Positions 35,205-44,992 of a stretch of 64,000 nt of DNA are shown here, one piece after another. The stretch's first letter is position 1, and each line of letters begins with the position of its first letter. The position numbers and the translations under genes are program-made. The stretch is from an uncultured Actinomycetota bacterium. Lineage in GTDB: Bacteria; Actinomycetota; Actinomycetes; Mycobacteriales; SCTD01. The notes below the pieces were generated by a model. It worked only from the letters and a program-made list of their open reading frames with translations, ran no database searches and had not been told where the DNA came from. The DNA lies in assembly GCA_963761695.1 (NCBI GenBank), contig CAVXIB010000015.1, forward strand, positions 91,807 through 155,806, in the 5' to 3' direction.

Positions 35205-35693
35205 GTGGGTCGGGCGCTGTCGGTCGTCGTCGACGTCGAGGCCGACGTCGAGAGCGTCTTCGCCGCGCTCACCGGTCCGGGCTGGCCGCAGGCCCTGGAG
35301 GCACGGCTGCACGACGGTAGCCGGCTGGTGAGCTGCGACCCGACGCCGGAGGGCGGGGTGCGGCTGGTGCAGTCGCGTCTGCTGCCCGACGGCGTCCCGT
35401 CGTTCCTGCGCCGGTTCCTGCCGAAGGACGGGACGGTCACCCAGACCGACACCTGGGGTCCCGCCGAGGGTGGCCTGCGCGCCGGTACCTGGGAGGTGTC
35501 GTTCCCCGGCAGCCCGGGCGAGGTCGCGGGCCGGACCAGGATCGAGCCGCACGGCGACGGCTGCCGGTGGGTCGTCACGGGGACGGTCCAGGTGTCGGTC
35601 CCCCTGCTCGGCGGCAAGGCGGAGGGCTTCCTGGCGCCCCTCGTGGAGCGCCTCGTCGGCACGCAGGGTGAGGTTCTGCGCAGCATGGTCTAG
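35205..35693 (+). CDS. DUF2505/SRPBCC-like protein
   Basis: 162-aa ORF starting 2 nt after the icd stop. The pattern (VDVEADVESVFAALT...FLP.....Q...W...) resembles DUF2505. Confidence 0.55.
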   Translation: MGRALSVVVDVEADVESVFAALTGPGWPQALEARLHDGSRLVSCDPTPEGGVRLVQSRLLPDGVPSFLRRFLPKDGTVTQTDTWGPAEGGLRAGTWEVSFPGSPGEVAGRTRIEPHGDGCRWVVTGTVQVSVPLLGGKAEGFLAPLVERLVGTQGEVLRSMV

Positions 35694-35859
35694 CGCCGCG
35701 GTCACCCCGGGCCCTGGTATCACGCTGTCACCGCTGACGCCGTCCGGGCGTTCCCGATCGGGACAAGGTCGGACAGGCTGACTACAGGCCGTCACCTCCG
35801 CGCCGGTCGGTCGTTGAGCGCACAACGGGCCGACGGCCAGGAGGGGAAGGGGTGACGGC

Positions 35860-38463
35860 GTGCGTGGATCGTGGTGGCGAACAACCCTGCCCACCTCCCC
35901 GGCGGGCGCCGTCCTGCTCCTGGCGCTCGGGGCGGTCGTCGCCTCGGGCGCGCTGTGGTTCAGCGCCGCAGGACTGCACGGACAGACTCAGGTCGAGCTG
36001 ACCGGGGTCGGCCTGCTGGCGCTGTGCACCGCCGCCGCCGACCTGACCGCCTTCCCGGTCCCGGCCCGTCGCCGGCTGCACACCGTCGGGGTGCACGCCG
36101 GGGTGCTGGCCGTCGGACTCATGCTCGTCCCGACGTCGACGGTCGTGCTCGGTGTCGTCCTCGGCGTCGCCCTGTCCGCGGCCGTCCTGCGCGACGTGCC
36201 CCCCTGGCGCGTCGCGGCCGACACGGCCGGCGCCCTGCTCGGCGCGGTCGGCGGAGCGGTCGCGTTCGAGGTGCTCGTCCGGCTCGAGGCGGAGCGGGGC
36301 CGCCTGCTGGTCCCGGCCTCCGGGCGCGGAGCCTGGGCCGCGGTCATCGCGGCGCTCGTGGCTGCGGCGCTGTGGCGCCTGACGGCGCTGGCCGTCTCCG
36401 CCACGGCCGGTCACCAGGCCTCCGAGCGGCTCGTCCTGCGGCTGGCGGCGGCGACGGCGGCCTCCTCGCTGGCGGCCGGCGGCGTGGGTGGCGCGGCGGT
36501 GGTGCTGTGGACGCTGTCGCGCTCCTGGACCACGCCCCTGCTGCTGCTGGCCCCCACCGCCGGGTGCGTCCTGCTGGGGGCGGCTGCGGTGCGGGGCCGG
36601 CGCGCGGCGGGCGACCTCGACGTGCTGGCCCGGGCGAGCGCCCTGTCCGACGACGATCCGGCCCGGGCGCTGCTGGCGGCCGCCGTCGAGGGGCTGGGGG
36701 CGGCCCGCGGAGAGCTGCTGCTGTGCGGCACGCGCACCGGGCGCCGCCGGACCGGTCGCACGCTGAGCCTGCTGCACTTCCGCGACGAGCGGTCCCACGG
36801 CGGGCCCGCCCCCGACGCCCTGGCGGCCGCCGTGCTCCCGGCGCTGCGCGACCCCGTGCTCCTGCCCACCCTTCCCGGGCAGGCGGGCGGGCGCCTGCCG
36901 GCGCTGGCTCCGGAGCTGGGCCGCTTCCTGCTCGCCCGCGGCTACACCGACCTCGTGAGCGCCCCGGTGCAGGTGGGCGGGCAGGTGGTCGGTGCCCTCG
37001 CGGTGTCCGGCCGCGACCGCGGCGCACGCCGGTTCGACAGCGCCGACCTCCGGCTCGTCGGCGCCCTGGCCGCCCAGCTCGGCCAGCTGCTCTCGGACCG
37101 GTTGCTGCAGCAGCGGCTCGCCGAGGCCGAGCGCGACGGCCGCGAGCTGCAGGAGCGCCTGGGCCGCGACGAGCTGACCGGCCTCGCGCGCCGCTCGGCG
37201 TTCATGGAACGCCTGGAGCTGGCCCTGTCGCAGCGCGACGTCGAGGGCACCGTCGCGGTGCTCTACCTGGACCTCGACGGCTTCAAGCAGCTCAACGACC
37301 GCCATGGCCACGCGGCCGGCGACACCTTCCTCGCCGCGACCGGGGAGCGGCTGAGCGGCCTGCTGCGCGGCGGTGACCTCGCCGCCCGGCTCGGGGGTGA
37401 CGAGTTCGCCGTGCTCGTCCTGGGGCTGACCGGCCAGGACCGGGCCACCCTGGTCGCGGCCCGCATCCTCGACGCGCTGTCGATGCCGGTGGACCACGAG
37501 GGCACCAGCCTGCGGGTGGGTACGTCGGTCGGCGTCGCCCTCGCGCAGGCCGGCGAGACCGCGCAGAGCCTGCTCAAGGCCGCGGACACCGCGATGTACG
37601 TCGCCAAGAGGTCCTCCGGGGCCCGCTGGAGCATGGCCGACGAGGACCGCACGGCCCGGGCCCGCCCCAGCGACGACGCCCGGCTGGCGCTGCTCGTGCA
37701 GGGGCTGCAGGCACCGGACCTGCCGGGGGCCCTGGAGGTGCACTACCAGCCCCGCCTGGACCCGGCCACCGGCCGCGTGGTGGGTGTCGAGGCTCTCGTG
37801 CGCTGGCGCCACCCGGCCCTCGGGCTCGTGCCGCCGGGGGAGTTCGTCCCGCTCGCCGACCGGCTCGGCCGGATGGTCGGGCTGGGCCACGACGTGCTCG
37901 CGACCGCCCTGCAGCAGGTGCGCGCCTGGGACGGCGTGGGACCCGACGGGCTGGCCGTCAGCGTCAACCTCACCGATGCCGAGCTGCGCGACGACGGCCT
38001 GACCGAGTCGGTCCGCGCCGCACTGCAGGCGGCGGGGCTGCCCGGTAGCCGGCTCCTGCTGGAGGTCGGGGCCGGCGCCTTCGACCAGCAGCAGGCCGCC
38101 GTGCGCGAGAGCATGAGCCGGTTGTCGGACCTCGGCGTGCGCTTCACCCTGGACGGCTTCGGGGTCGGCTCGTTCCCGCTCGGCCGGCTCGACCAGCTCC
38201 CCCTGCACGCCGTCAAGATCCCGGCAGCGGTGCTCGCCCAGCCGGGCGCCTCGGGCACGTCCGGGCTGTCCAGCGCCCTGGTGGGCCTGGCCCGCAGCCT
38301 GGGGCTGGCGGTCGCGGTCGAGGGGGTGGAGCGGGCCGACCAGGCGTCCCGGCTGCTCGACCTGGCCTGCGACGAGGTGCAGGGCTTCCACTACGGGCGC
38401 CCCGAGCCGGCCAGCGCAGGACACCCGCTGATGCGTCAGCAGCAGCAGCAGCCGGCGGACTGA
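35860..38463 (+). CDS. membrane sensor with GGDEF and EAL domains
   Basis: 867-aa ORF with N-terminal TM helices and a GAF-like middle region. The GGDEF domain has an intact GGDEF motif and an RxxD I-site at canonical spacing (RGGDLAARLGGDEF). The EAL domain has EALVRW, SVNLT, EGVE and QGFHYGRP, but substitutes LEVGAG, LDGFGVG and KIP for the other canonical motifs. Confidence 0.85.
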   Translation: MRGSWWRTTLPTSPAGAVLLLALGAVVASGALWFSAAGLHGQTQVELTGVGLLALCTAAADLTAFPVPARRRLHTVGVHAGVLAVGLMLVPTSTVVLGVVLGVALSAAVLRDVPPWRVAADTAGALLGAVGGAVAFEVLVRLEAERGRLLVPASGRGAWAAVIAALVAAALWRLTALAVSATAGHQASERLVLRLAAATAASSLAAGGVGGAAVVLWTLSRSWTTPLLLLAPTAGCVLLGAAAVRGRRAAGDLDVLARASALSDDDPARALLAAAVEGLGAARGELLLCGTRTGRRRTGRTLSLLHFRDERSHGGPAPDALAAAVLPALRDPVLLPTLPGQAGGRLPALAPELGRFLLARGYTDLVSAPVQVGGQVVGALAVSGRDRGARRFDSADLRLVGALAAQLGQLLSDRLLQQRLAEAERDGRELQERLGRDELTGLARRSAFMERLELALSQRDVEGTVAVLYLDLDGFKQLNDRHGHAAGDTFLAATGERLSGLLRGGDLAARLGGDEFAVLVLGLTGQDRATLVAARILDALSMPVDHEGTSLRVGTSVGVALAQAGETAQSLLKAADTAMYVAKRSSGARWSMADEDRTARARPSDDARLALLVQGLQAPDLPGALEVHYQPRLDPATGRVVGVEALVRWRHPALGLVPPGEFVPLADRLGRMVGLGHDVLATALQQVRAWDGVGPDGLAVSVNLTDAELRDDGLTESVRAALQAAGLPGSRLLLEVGAGAFDQQQAAVRESMSRLSDLGVRFTLDGFGVGSFPLGRLDQLPLHAVKIPAAVLAQPGASGTSGLSSALVGLARSLGLAVAVEGVERADQASRLLDLACDEVQGFHYGRPEPASAGHPLMRQQQQQPAD

Positions 38464-38510
38464 CCCCGCCGCCCCGACCCCCCGCACCCCGACCCCCGCA
38501 CCCCCGCCCC
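38464..38510. other. C-rich tract (G-quadruplex-capable on the minus strand)
   Basis: Seven C runs of 4-6 nt within 47 nt, with CCCCGCACCCCGAC-like units repeated, starting immediately after the GGDEF-EAL stop codon. Confidence 0.5.
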
Positions 38511-38540
38511 ACGACCTACCGATCTCCCGGTGACGCACGA

Positions 38541-38572
38541 GAAGGCCCCCTCCCGTGCGGGAGGGGGCCTTC
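38541..38572. terminator. bidirectional intrinsic-terminator hairpin between convergent genes
   Basis: Perfect 14-bp stem GAAGGCCCCCTCCC / GGGAGGGGGCCTTC with a 4-nt loop (GTGC). It lies 19 nt beyond the stop of the minus-strand binding-protein gene. Confidence 0.65.
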
Positions 38573-38590
38573 TCGGGGTGCGGGGGAGGG

Positions 38591-39839
38591 CTAGGCCAGC
38601 TCGGCCGCGTCGGCGGACTCCACGGGCTCGTCCACGAGCAGCTTCGCGCCGCCGGGGACGTCGGCCGGCTGCAGGATGTAGCTCTTGCGGCTCGGGCTCT
38701 TGTCCACGCCGACCGAGAGGTCGAGCGGAACGATCAGCTCACCGGTGTCGAGGTCGCTGAGCTCCTTCTTGGCGGCCAGCAGACCGTCGCGGGTGAGGTC
38801 CTTGTCCTCGCAGGCCTTGTCGAGGATCTGCTTCATGACCTCGCTCATGCCGTAGCCGAACACGACGCCCAGGCTCGGGGTCGAGTTGGCGTACTTGGCC
38901 TGGTACTCCTTCAGCAGGTCCTCGTGCGAGGCGAAGCTGTTGATCGGCGACGACACGATGAGGTTCTTCTTCAGCGCGGCAGCGGCCGGGCTCTTGAGCA
39001 GGGCCGGGGAGAAGACCGGGTTGTTACCGATGATCGGGACGTCCAGGCCCTGGGCGGCCGAGACGGCGCCGACCGAGCCGGTCTGCCCGGGGGCCACGGT
39101 CAGGGCGATGGCGTTGACCTTCTGGCTCTTGAAGCTGGTGATCTGCGAGCTCATGTCCTGGTCGCTGGACTTGATCTTCTGCTCGACGATCGTCAGGCCG
39201 TTCTTGGCGGCGAACGCCTTCGAGCCGGCCAGGCCGTTGGCGCCGTACTCGCCCTCGAAGTAGATGTGGCCGATCTTGTCGCCCTTCTTGATCAGGCCCT
39301 TGTCGAGCGCGTACTGCAGCCCGTTGTACATCTCGACGTCATAGACCGCGCCCACGACGGTGTTGCCCTCGACGCTGGTCAGGTTGCGGGCCCAGGCGGA
39401 CGGGAGGTTGATCATCTTGTCGGAGGCGAGGTTCGGCGCGAGCGCCGTGTTGAGCGGCGAGCCGATGGTCTGCTGCAGCGCCAGGATGCTGTCCTTCATG
39501 CCGCCGTACTGCTGCACACCCGTCTGCGGCACGTAGCCGTTGTCCTGGATGTTCAGCTTGACGGTGTACTTACCGCAGATCTTGTCGCCGGCGTTCTGCT
39601 TCTCCCAGTACAGGGTGTTGGCGTTGGTGATGTCGGTGCCGAGGGCGGCGAACACACCGGTGAGGTCGGTGAGGACACCGAGGCTGATCTCGGTGCCGGA
39701 GATGCCGACGCCGGTCTTCACGTCCCCGGCCGCGGTGTCTCCGCCGGAGTTGTTGTCGGAGGCCTTGGTGCTGCAGCCGGTGGCTGCGGCAAGGATGGCC
39801 GCCGTGAGCAGGACGGCGGTGCGCTTGCCGTGGTTCATG
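38591..39839 (-). CDS. branched-chain amino acid ABC transporter substrate-binding lipoprotein (LivJ/K-type)
   Basis: C-terminal 415 aa of ORF 38591..40411, from the ATG at 39839 (MNHGKRTAVLLTAAILAAATGC|S lipobox). The periplasmic-binding type I pattern continues throughout. Confidence 0.9.
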
Positions 39840-41025
39840 TGGTGCTCCCTTGTGATGGTGCGGTGGAGGTGCCGGTGGTCGTGACGGATGGAGCGGGGCT
39901 GGCGGGGCGGCGCCGGCGCCCACGGGCCAGGCCGGCCAGGCCGGCCGGCTGGAACAGGACGACGAGGATGATCGCGACGCCGAACAGGATGCGGGCGCCC
40001 TGGGCGGCGTTGACACCGCCCTGGCCGGGGGCGGACAGGAAGGGGAGCGCGTCGGTGTAGCGCTCGAACACCCGCGGCAGGGCCTGCACGAACAGGGCGC
40101 CCGCCACGGCGCCGCCGACGCTGCCGAGCCCGCCCAGCACGATCATGGCCAGGAACAGCACGGACAGCTCGAGGGTGAACGACTCCGGGGCGACCGAGCC
40201 GATCGACAGCGAGAACAGCACCCCGGCCAGCCCGGCGTACATCGAGCTGACGAGGAAGACCCGGGCCTTGTAGCCCTGCACGTTGACGCCCATGACGGCG
40301 GCGGCGGTCTCGCTGTCGCGCAGGGTCTGCAGCGCCCGGCCGGGCCGGCTGCGGAGCAGGTTGTGGGCGAACCACCAGGCCGCGGCGAGCAGCACCAGCC
40401 CGAGGTACCACTCGCGCTCGGCCTCCCCGAACGGCACGCCCGCGACGAACAGGTCGGGGTCGGTACTGGTGAAGCTGAAACCGGGCAGGCGGAACGGCGG
40501 CGTGATGCGCCCGTTGAAGCCGCCGGTCACGTAGGTGAGCGTGTTGAGCAGGTGCTGACCGACGAAGACCAGGCCCAGGGAGGCGACACCGAGGTAGATG
40601 CCGCGCAGGCGGGCGGCGATGGGGCTGAACAGCAGGCCGCCCACACCGGCGAGCAGGACTCCGGCCACCAGGCCGATCACCGGGCTGAGCCCCAGGCCGC
40701 CGACCTCGGTCGCCACCCCACCGGGCTCGCCGGAGACGAACGTGTAGGTGCTCGCACCGATGGCCAGGAAGAACGCGTGGGCCAGGGAGAGCTGGCCGGT
40801 GGTCCCGACCAGCAGGTTCAGGCCGATGGCGCCGATCGCCGCGGCGCAGACGCCGAAGCCGACCTGCAGCCAGAAGCTCTCCACGTAGAAGGGCAGCAGC
40901 AGCAGGACCACGACGGCGGTCAGGCCGACGAGGAGCTTCAGCGGGTTGCGGCGCCGCCCCGTGGAGGGAGAGGGAGCGGGTGCGGCGACCTCGTCGCCCA
41001 GGGTGGCGACAGCGGTGTCAGACAC
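39835..41025 (-). CDS. livM: branched-chain amino acid ABC transporter permease (LivM-type)
   Basis: 396-aa polytopic ORF with GQLSLAHAFF and RLRGIYL..ASLG motifs. It overlaps both neighbouring genes. Confidence 0.9.
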   Translation of the reverse strand: MSDTAVATLGDEVAAPAPSPSTGRRRNPLKLLVGLTAVVVLLLLPFYVESFWLQVGFGVCAAAIGAIGLNLLVGTTGQLSLAHAFFLAIGASTYTFVSGEPGGVATEVGGLGLSPVIGLVAGVLLAGVGGLLFSPIAARLRGIYLGVASLGLVFVGQHLLNTLTYVTGGFNGRITPPFRLPGFSFTSTDPDLFVAGVPFGEAEREWYLGLVLLAAAWWFAHNLLRSRPGRALQTLRDSETAAAVMGVNVQGYKARVFLVSSMYAGLAGVLFSLSIGSVAPESFTLELSVLFLAMIVLGGLGSVGGAVAGALFVQALPRVFERYTDALPFLSAPGQGGVNAAQGARILFGVAIILVVLFQPAGLAGLARGRRRRPASPAPSVTTTGTSTAPSQGSTT

Positions 41026-41908
41026 GGGTCAGCTCCCGGGTGCCGAACAGGCCCGACGGTCGGACCAGCAGGACGAGGATCATCACGACGTAGGGGGCGA
41101 CGTCGCCGAACCCGCGACCGAGGAACAGCAGCTGGTCCTGGTAGCCGGTGGCGAAGCTCTCGGTCAGTCCGATGACGATGCCTCCGACGAGCGCGCCCGC
41201 GGTGGAGTCCAGCCCTCCGAGGATGGCGGCCGGGAAGGCCCGCAGGGCGACGAACTGGATGTTGGGGGCGACCCCCGGAGTGGGGCTGCCGACCAGGAAC
41301 AGGCCGGCGACGGCGGCGAGCCCGGCCCCGACGATCCAGGCCAGCGCCGAGACCCGGCCGGGTCGGATGCCCATGAGCGCCGCGGTCTCGCCGTCCTCGG
41401 CGTTGGCCCGCATGGCCACGCCCCAGTCGGAGAAGCGGAAGGCCAGGAAGAACAGGCTGATCAGCACGGCCGCCACGCCCATGGCGATGAGGCGGTTGGT
41501 GCTGATGCCGACGTCGCCGAAGCGGACGTTGCCGCCCGACCACGGCGAGGGCATGAACAGGATGTCGGAACCGATCCGGCGGGTGAGCTCGGTGACCAGG
41601 ATGATGTCGACCCCGATGGTGAGGATCGACAGGCTGATCAGCGAGCTGCCGCGGAGCCGGTTGATGAGCACCCGCTCGACGAGCAGGCCGACCCCGGCGG
41701 TGAGGCCGATGCCCAGCAGGACGGCGAACCCGAAGGGCATGTCGGCCGCCAGCCGGGCGGTCGTGTAGGCGCCGAACAGCAGCAGCGAGCCGTGCATGAA
41801 GCTCACCACCTCGCTCGCCTTGAAGATCACGCTGAAGCCGAGGGCGATGAGCGCGTACATGGCGCCGAGCGAGAGCCCGTTGAGCAGCAGGGACAGGAAC
41901 TGGGTCAC
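41018..41908 (-). CDS. livH: branched-chain amino acid ABC transporter permease (LivH-type)
   Basis: 296-aa ORF beginning [29 protein letters not shown], typical of LivH. Confidence 0.9.
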   Translation of the reverse strand: MTQFLSLLLNGLSLGAMYALIALGFSVIFKASEVVSFMHGSLLLFGAYTTARLAADMPFGFAVLLGIGLTAGVGLLVERVLINRLRGSSLISLSILTIGVDIILVTELTRRIGSDILFMPSPWSGGNVRFGDVGISTNRLIAMGVAAVLISLFFLAFRFSDWGVAMRANAEDGETAALMGIRPGRVSALAWIVGAGLAAVAGLFLVGSPTPGVAPNIQFVALRAFPAAILGGLDSTAGALVGGIVIGLTESFATGYQDQLLFLGRGFGDVAPYVVMILVLLVRPSGLFGTRELTRV

Positions 41909-42801
41909 GCCGGCTCGCCTCCGGTCTGGGTCGCGGTCTCGTGGGTGGCGGCGTCGTGGGTGGCGTCGTCGTCGTTCGCGTCGTCGTCACCGCTGCCCAG
42001 GTAGGCGCGGATCACCTCGGGGTCGGACTGGACCTGCGCGGGCGTGCCGTCGGCGATGCGACGACCGAAGTCCAGGACGGTGACGCGGTCGGCGATGCCC
42101 ATCACCATGCCCATGTCGTGCTCGACGAGCACCACCGAGATGCCGAGGGCGTTGCGGATCTCCACCACGGAGGCCGCCATCCGGCGGGTCTCATCGGCGT
42201 TCATCCCGGCGACCGGCTCGTCGAGCAGGAGCAGGTCGGGCTCGGTGCACAGTGCCCGGGCCACCTCGACCCGCTTCTGGTCGCCGTAGGACAGGACCCC
42301 GACCGGCTGGGCGTACTTGTCGCCCAGCTCGAGGAACTCGGCGATCTCGCGGACCCGGCGGCCGTGCAGCTCGCCCTCGCGGGTGGCCCGCGGCAGCCGC
42401 AGCCCGGCGGCCAGGAAGCCCGCCTTGGTCAGGTGGTGGCGGCCGAGCATGAGGTTCTCGGCCACGGTCTGGGTTCCCGACAGCGCGATGTTCTGGAACG
42501 CGCGGGCGACCCGGAGCTTGGCGATCTGGTGCGGCCGCATGTCGGTGAGCACGGCGTCGCCGAAGCGCACCTCGCCCGACGTCGCCTTGTAGACGCCGGA
42601 CAGGACGTTGAACATCGTGCTCTTGCCCGCGCCGTTCGGGCCGATCACGGCATGGATCGTGCCGGGCTCGACCGTGAAGGACACGTCGGACAGGGCCTTC
42701 AGGGCCCCGAACTGCACGGTGACCTCGCGGACCTCCAGGGGGGCCACGCTGCTGGCCGGGCGGGGGGCACCCTTGGTCATCGACACCGCTTCGGTGCTCA
42801 T
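41905..42801 (-). CDS. livG: ABC transporter ATP-binding protein (LivG-type)
   Basis: From the ATG at 42801 within ORF 41905..43353. It has Walker A (GPNGAGKST), the signature sequence [15 protein letters not shown] and Walker B (LLLLDEP). The tail is acidic and His/Thr-rich. Confidence 0.9.
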   Translation of the reverse strand: MSTEAVSMTKGAPRPASSVAPLEVREVTVQFGALKALSDVSFTVEPGTIHAVIGPNGAGKSTMFNVLSGVYKATSGEVRFGDAVLTDMRPHQIAKLRVARAFQNIALSGTQTVAENLMLGRHHLTKAGFLAAGLRLPRATREGELHGRRVREIAEFLELGDKYAQPVGVLSYGDQKRVEVARALCTEPDLLLLDEPVAGMNADETRRMAASVVEIRNALGISVVLVEHDMGMVMGIADRVTVLDFGRRIADGTPAQVQSDPEVIRAYLGSGDDDANDDDATHDAATHETATQTGGEPA

Positions 42802-43625
42802 GCCGTCCACCGCGACAGCGTCTTGCCGGACGCGACGATCGGGCGGGAGCCCTCGCCGTCGGCGCCGTGGCCGAGATAGAGCTTCTGCACCTCGTCGGTG
42901 GCGGCGAGCTCCTTCGCGTCGCCCTGCAGCGACACCTGCCCGACGTCGAGGACGTAGGCGAGGTCGGCGACGCCGAGGGCCATCGTGGCGTTCTGCTCCA
43001 CCAGCAGCACGGAGGTGCCCTGCCGGTTGATCTCGGTGACGATCTCGCCGATCTGACCGATGATCCTCGGCGCCAGCCCCAGGGACGGCTCGTCGAGCAG
43101 CAGCAGCTTCGGTCCCGCCATCAGCGCCCGCCCGATGGCGAGCATCTGCTGCTCGCCGCCCGACAGCAGCCCCGCCCGGCCGTGCCGCCGCTCGGCGAGA
43201 ACGGGGAACAGGTCGTAGACGCGGGTGTGCGCCTCCTTCTTCGCGCCCTTGTCGCGGGCCCCCATGCCGCCGGCCCGCAGGTTCTCCTCGACGGTCAGGC
43301 GGCTGAAGATGCGCCGTCCCTCGGGGACCTGGACCAGGCCCATGGCGACGCACTGCGACGGGTCGCGTCCGCGCAGGTCCTTGCCGTCGAAGGTGACGGT
43401 GCCGGTCTCCACCTTGCCGCGGTGCAGCCTCAGGATCGACGACACGGCCCGCAGCAGGGTGGTCTTGCCGGCGCCGTTGCTGCCGAGCACGGCGACGACC
43501 TTGCCGTCCGGCACGGTGAGCGAGACCCCTCTCAGTGCTTCGACGGCCCCGCCGTACGTGACCCGGAGGTCGGTGACTTCAAGCACGCGTGTCCCCTCGC
43601 TCGGTGTGAGTGCGGACTCAACCAC
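42798..43625 (-). CDS. livF: ABC transporter ATP-binding protein (LivF-type)
   Basis: Walker A (GSNGAGKTT), signature [15 protein letters not shown] and Walker B (LLLLDEPS) are present. The true start may be the GTG at about 43586 ([13 protein letters not shown]). Confidence 0.9.
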   Translation of the reverse strand: MVESALTPSEGTRVLEVTDLRVTYGGAVEALRGVSLTVPDGKVVAVLGSNGAGKTTLLRAVSSILRLHRGKVETGTVTFDGKDLRGRDPSQCVAMGLVQVPEGRRIFSRLTVEENLRAGGMGARDKGAKKEAHTRVYDLFPVLAERRHGRAGLLSGGEQQMLAIGRALMAGPKLLLLDEPSLGLAPRIIGQIGEIVTEINRQGTSVLLVEQNATMALGVADLAYVLDVGQVSLQGDAKELAATDEVQKLYLGHGADGEGSRPIVASGKTLSRWTA

Positions 43626-43629
43626 TAGT

Positions 43630-43645
43630 TGTGAGGCAGGTCACG
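43630..43645. promoter_or_regulatory. CRP/GlxR-type palindrome upstream of the liv operon
   Basis: TGTGAGGCAGGTCACG matches TGTGA-N6-TCACA at 9 of 10 positions. A half-site (TGTGAccttgcCAAAC) follows at 43677-43692. Both are in an AT-richer 120-bp intergenic region. Confidence 0.3.
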
Positions 43646-43748
43646 CCGGGCGCGCACACGTTATGCAGGCGTTGCTTGTGACCTTGCCAAACGACCGTCG
43701 TCGGTGTCCGGTTCGTCCGGCCTCCTCCGGCACCGACCAGGGGTCGGG

Positions 43749-44963
43749 TCAGCTGCCGCGCAGGACCCGGCGAGCGGCCTGGCGGGCCAGGCCCGCCAGC
43801 AGCGGGGGCGTGACCAGTCCCCGGCCGAGCCCGACCTCCACGAGAGCGTCGAACGCGCGGCCGCTGCGGGCCGTCGCCGCCACCCCGGCGTCGACGATCC
43901 CGGGGCGCCGCGTGAGCCGGGCCAGCGCGGTGGTGTGGCGCAGGTGCCGTCCGAGCTCGCGCTGCAGACCGTCGGCGTAGGTGCGGCCCGGGTCCGACGC
44001 CGTGACGGCCGCGACGCCGGCGAGCCGTCCGGACAGCAGCGCATAGAAGATGCCCTCCCCGGTGAGCGGGTTGACCAGGCTGGCGGCGTCGCCGGCCAGC
44101 AGCACCCGGCCCGCGCGGGGTGGCGGGCGGAACGTCGACAGCGGCAGGTGGTGGCTCACCATGCGCTCGGCCTCGGTGCCGGGCAGCAGCTCGACCAGGC
44201 GCTCGTGAAGGACCGCCCGGCCGCTGCCGCCGACCGCCCGCAGGCTCGGCAGCAGCATCCCGAAGCCGACGTTCGCGGTGCCGTCCCCGGCGTCGAAGCG
44301 CCAGGCGTAGGCGGGCCAGTCGCGGCCGTCCATGACGATGACCTGCTCCGGCCGCCGGCCCGCGGGCACCGCCACGTAGCCGCGCACCGCCAGCGCCGTC
44401 GCGCCCGCGGGCTGTCTGGGCGCGTCGAGTCGCCGCCGCACGACGCCGTTCGCGCCGTCGGCGCCGACCACGACCCGCGCGGCGATCTCGCCGTCGAGCA
44501 CGACGCGGTCCGGCCGCACCTCCACGGTCCGCACGGTCCGCCGGACCAGGACGGCGCCCCGGGCGACCGCCGCCGCCACGAGTCGCGCGTCGAGCACGGT
44601 GCGCGGCACCACGTGGTCCGGGCGCTGCAACCGGCGGACCACCTCGGTGCCGCCGGGGGAGCGCAGCCGCAGGTGCCAGATCGGCACCCGGTCGGCGAGC
44701 ACGGACGCCGCCCCGAGCCGGGCGAGCTCGTCGAGGGCGTGCGGCGCGAGGCCGTCGCCGCACGACTTGTCGCGGGGGAAGTCGTGCCGGTCCAGCAACA
44801 GGACCCGGGCGCCGGGCCGGGCCCGGAGCGCCGCCAGCGCAGCGGCGCTCCCCGCCGGGCCGGCGCCGACCACGGCCAGGTCCCACAGGACGTCGGGCTG
44901 CTCGGTCACGGCCGCAGCCTGCCCCCAGTCCTGCCCGCCGTCACCAGGAGGGGGCTGCGCCAT
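43749..44963 (-). CDS. geranylgeranyl-reductase-family FAD-dependent oxidoreductase
   Basis: The dinucleotide-binding motif DLAVVGAGPAGSAAA is followed by SCGDGL, GADG and LAGDAA..VNPLTGEGI. Confidence 0.8.
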   Translation of the reverse strand: MAQPPPGDGGQDWGQAAAVTEQPDVLWDLAVVGAGPAGSAAALAALRARPGARVLLLDRHDFPRDKSCGDGLAPHALDELARLGAASVLADRVPIWHLRLRSPGGTEVVRRLQRPDHVVPRTVLDARLVAAAVARGAVLVRRTVRTVEVRPDRVVLDGEIAARVVVGADGANGVVRRRLDAPRQPAGATALAVRGYVAVPAGRRPEQVIVMDGRDWPAYAWRFDAGDGTANVGFGMLLPSLRAVGGSGRAVLHERLVELLPGTEAERMVSHHLPLSTFRPPPRAGRVLLAGDAASLVNPLTGEGIFYALLSGRLAGVAAVTASDPGRTYADGLQRELGRHLRHTTALARLTRRPGIVDAGVAATARSGRAFDALVEVGLGRGLVTPPLLAGLARQAARRVLRGS

Positions 44964-44992
44964 CTGATCAGGGCGGTGGGAGGATCACCGGC

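Noticed and set aside
35782-38538. 918-aa minus-strand ORF opposite the GGDEF-EAL gene
   Set aside because: It has extreme Arg/Gly/Pro/Gln composition and no recognisable motifs. The plus-strand frame has complete GGDEF and EAL domains.
38591-39839. Visibly lower GC of the liv binding-protein gene as a sign of horizontal transfer
   Set aside because: The shift is explained by its Lys/Asn/Ile/Thr-rich periplasmic-protein composition. Third-codon positions remain strongly G/C, and the gene is embedded in an intact overlapping operon.
43646-43700. Sigma-70-type promoter (TTGGCA ... TGCATAACGT on the minus strand) for the liv operon
   Set aside because: The -35-like hexamer is good, but no TANNNT -10 element falls at 16-19 nt spacing. 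The best candidate gives about 20-21 nt, so it is too uncertain to annotate.
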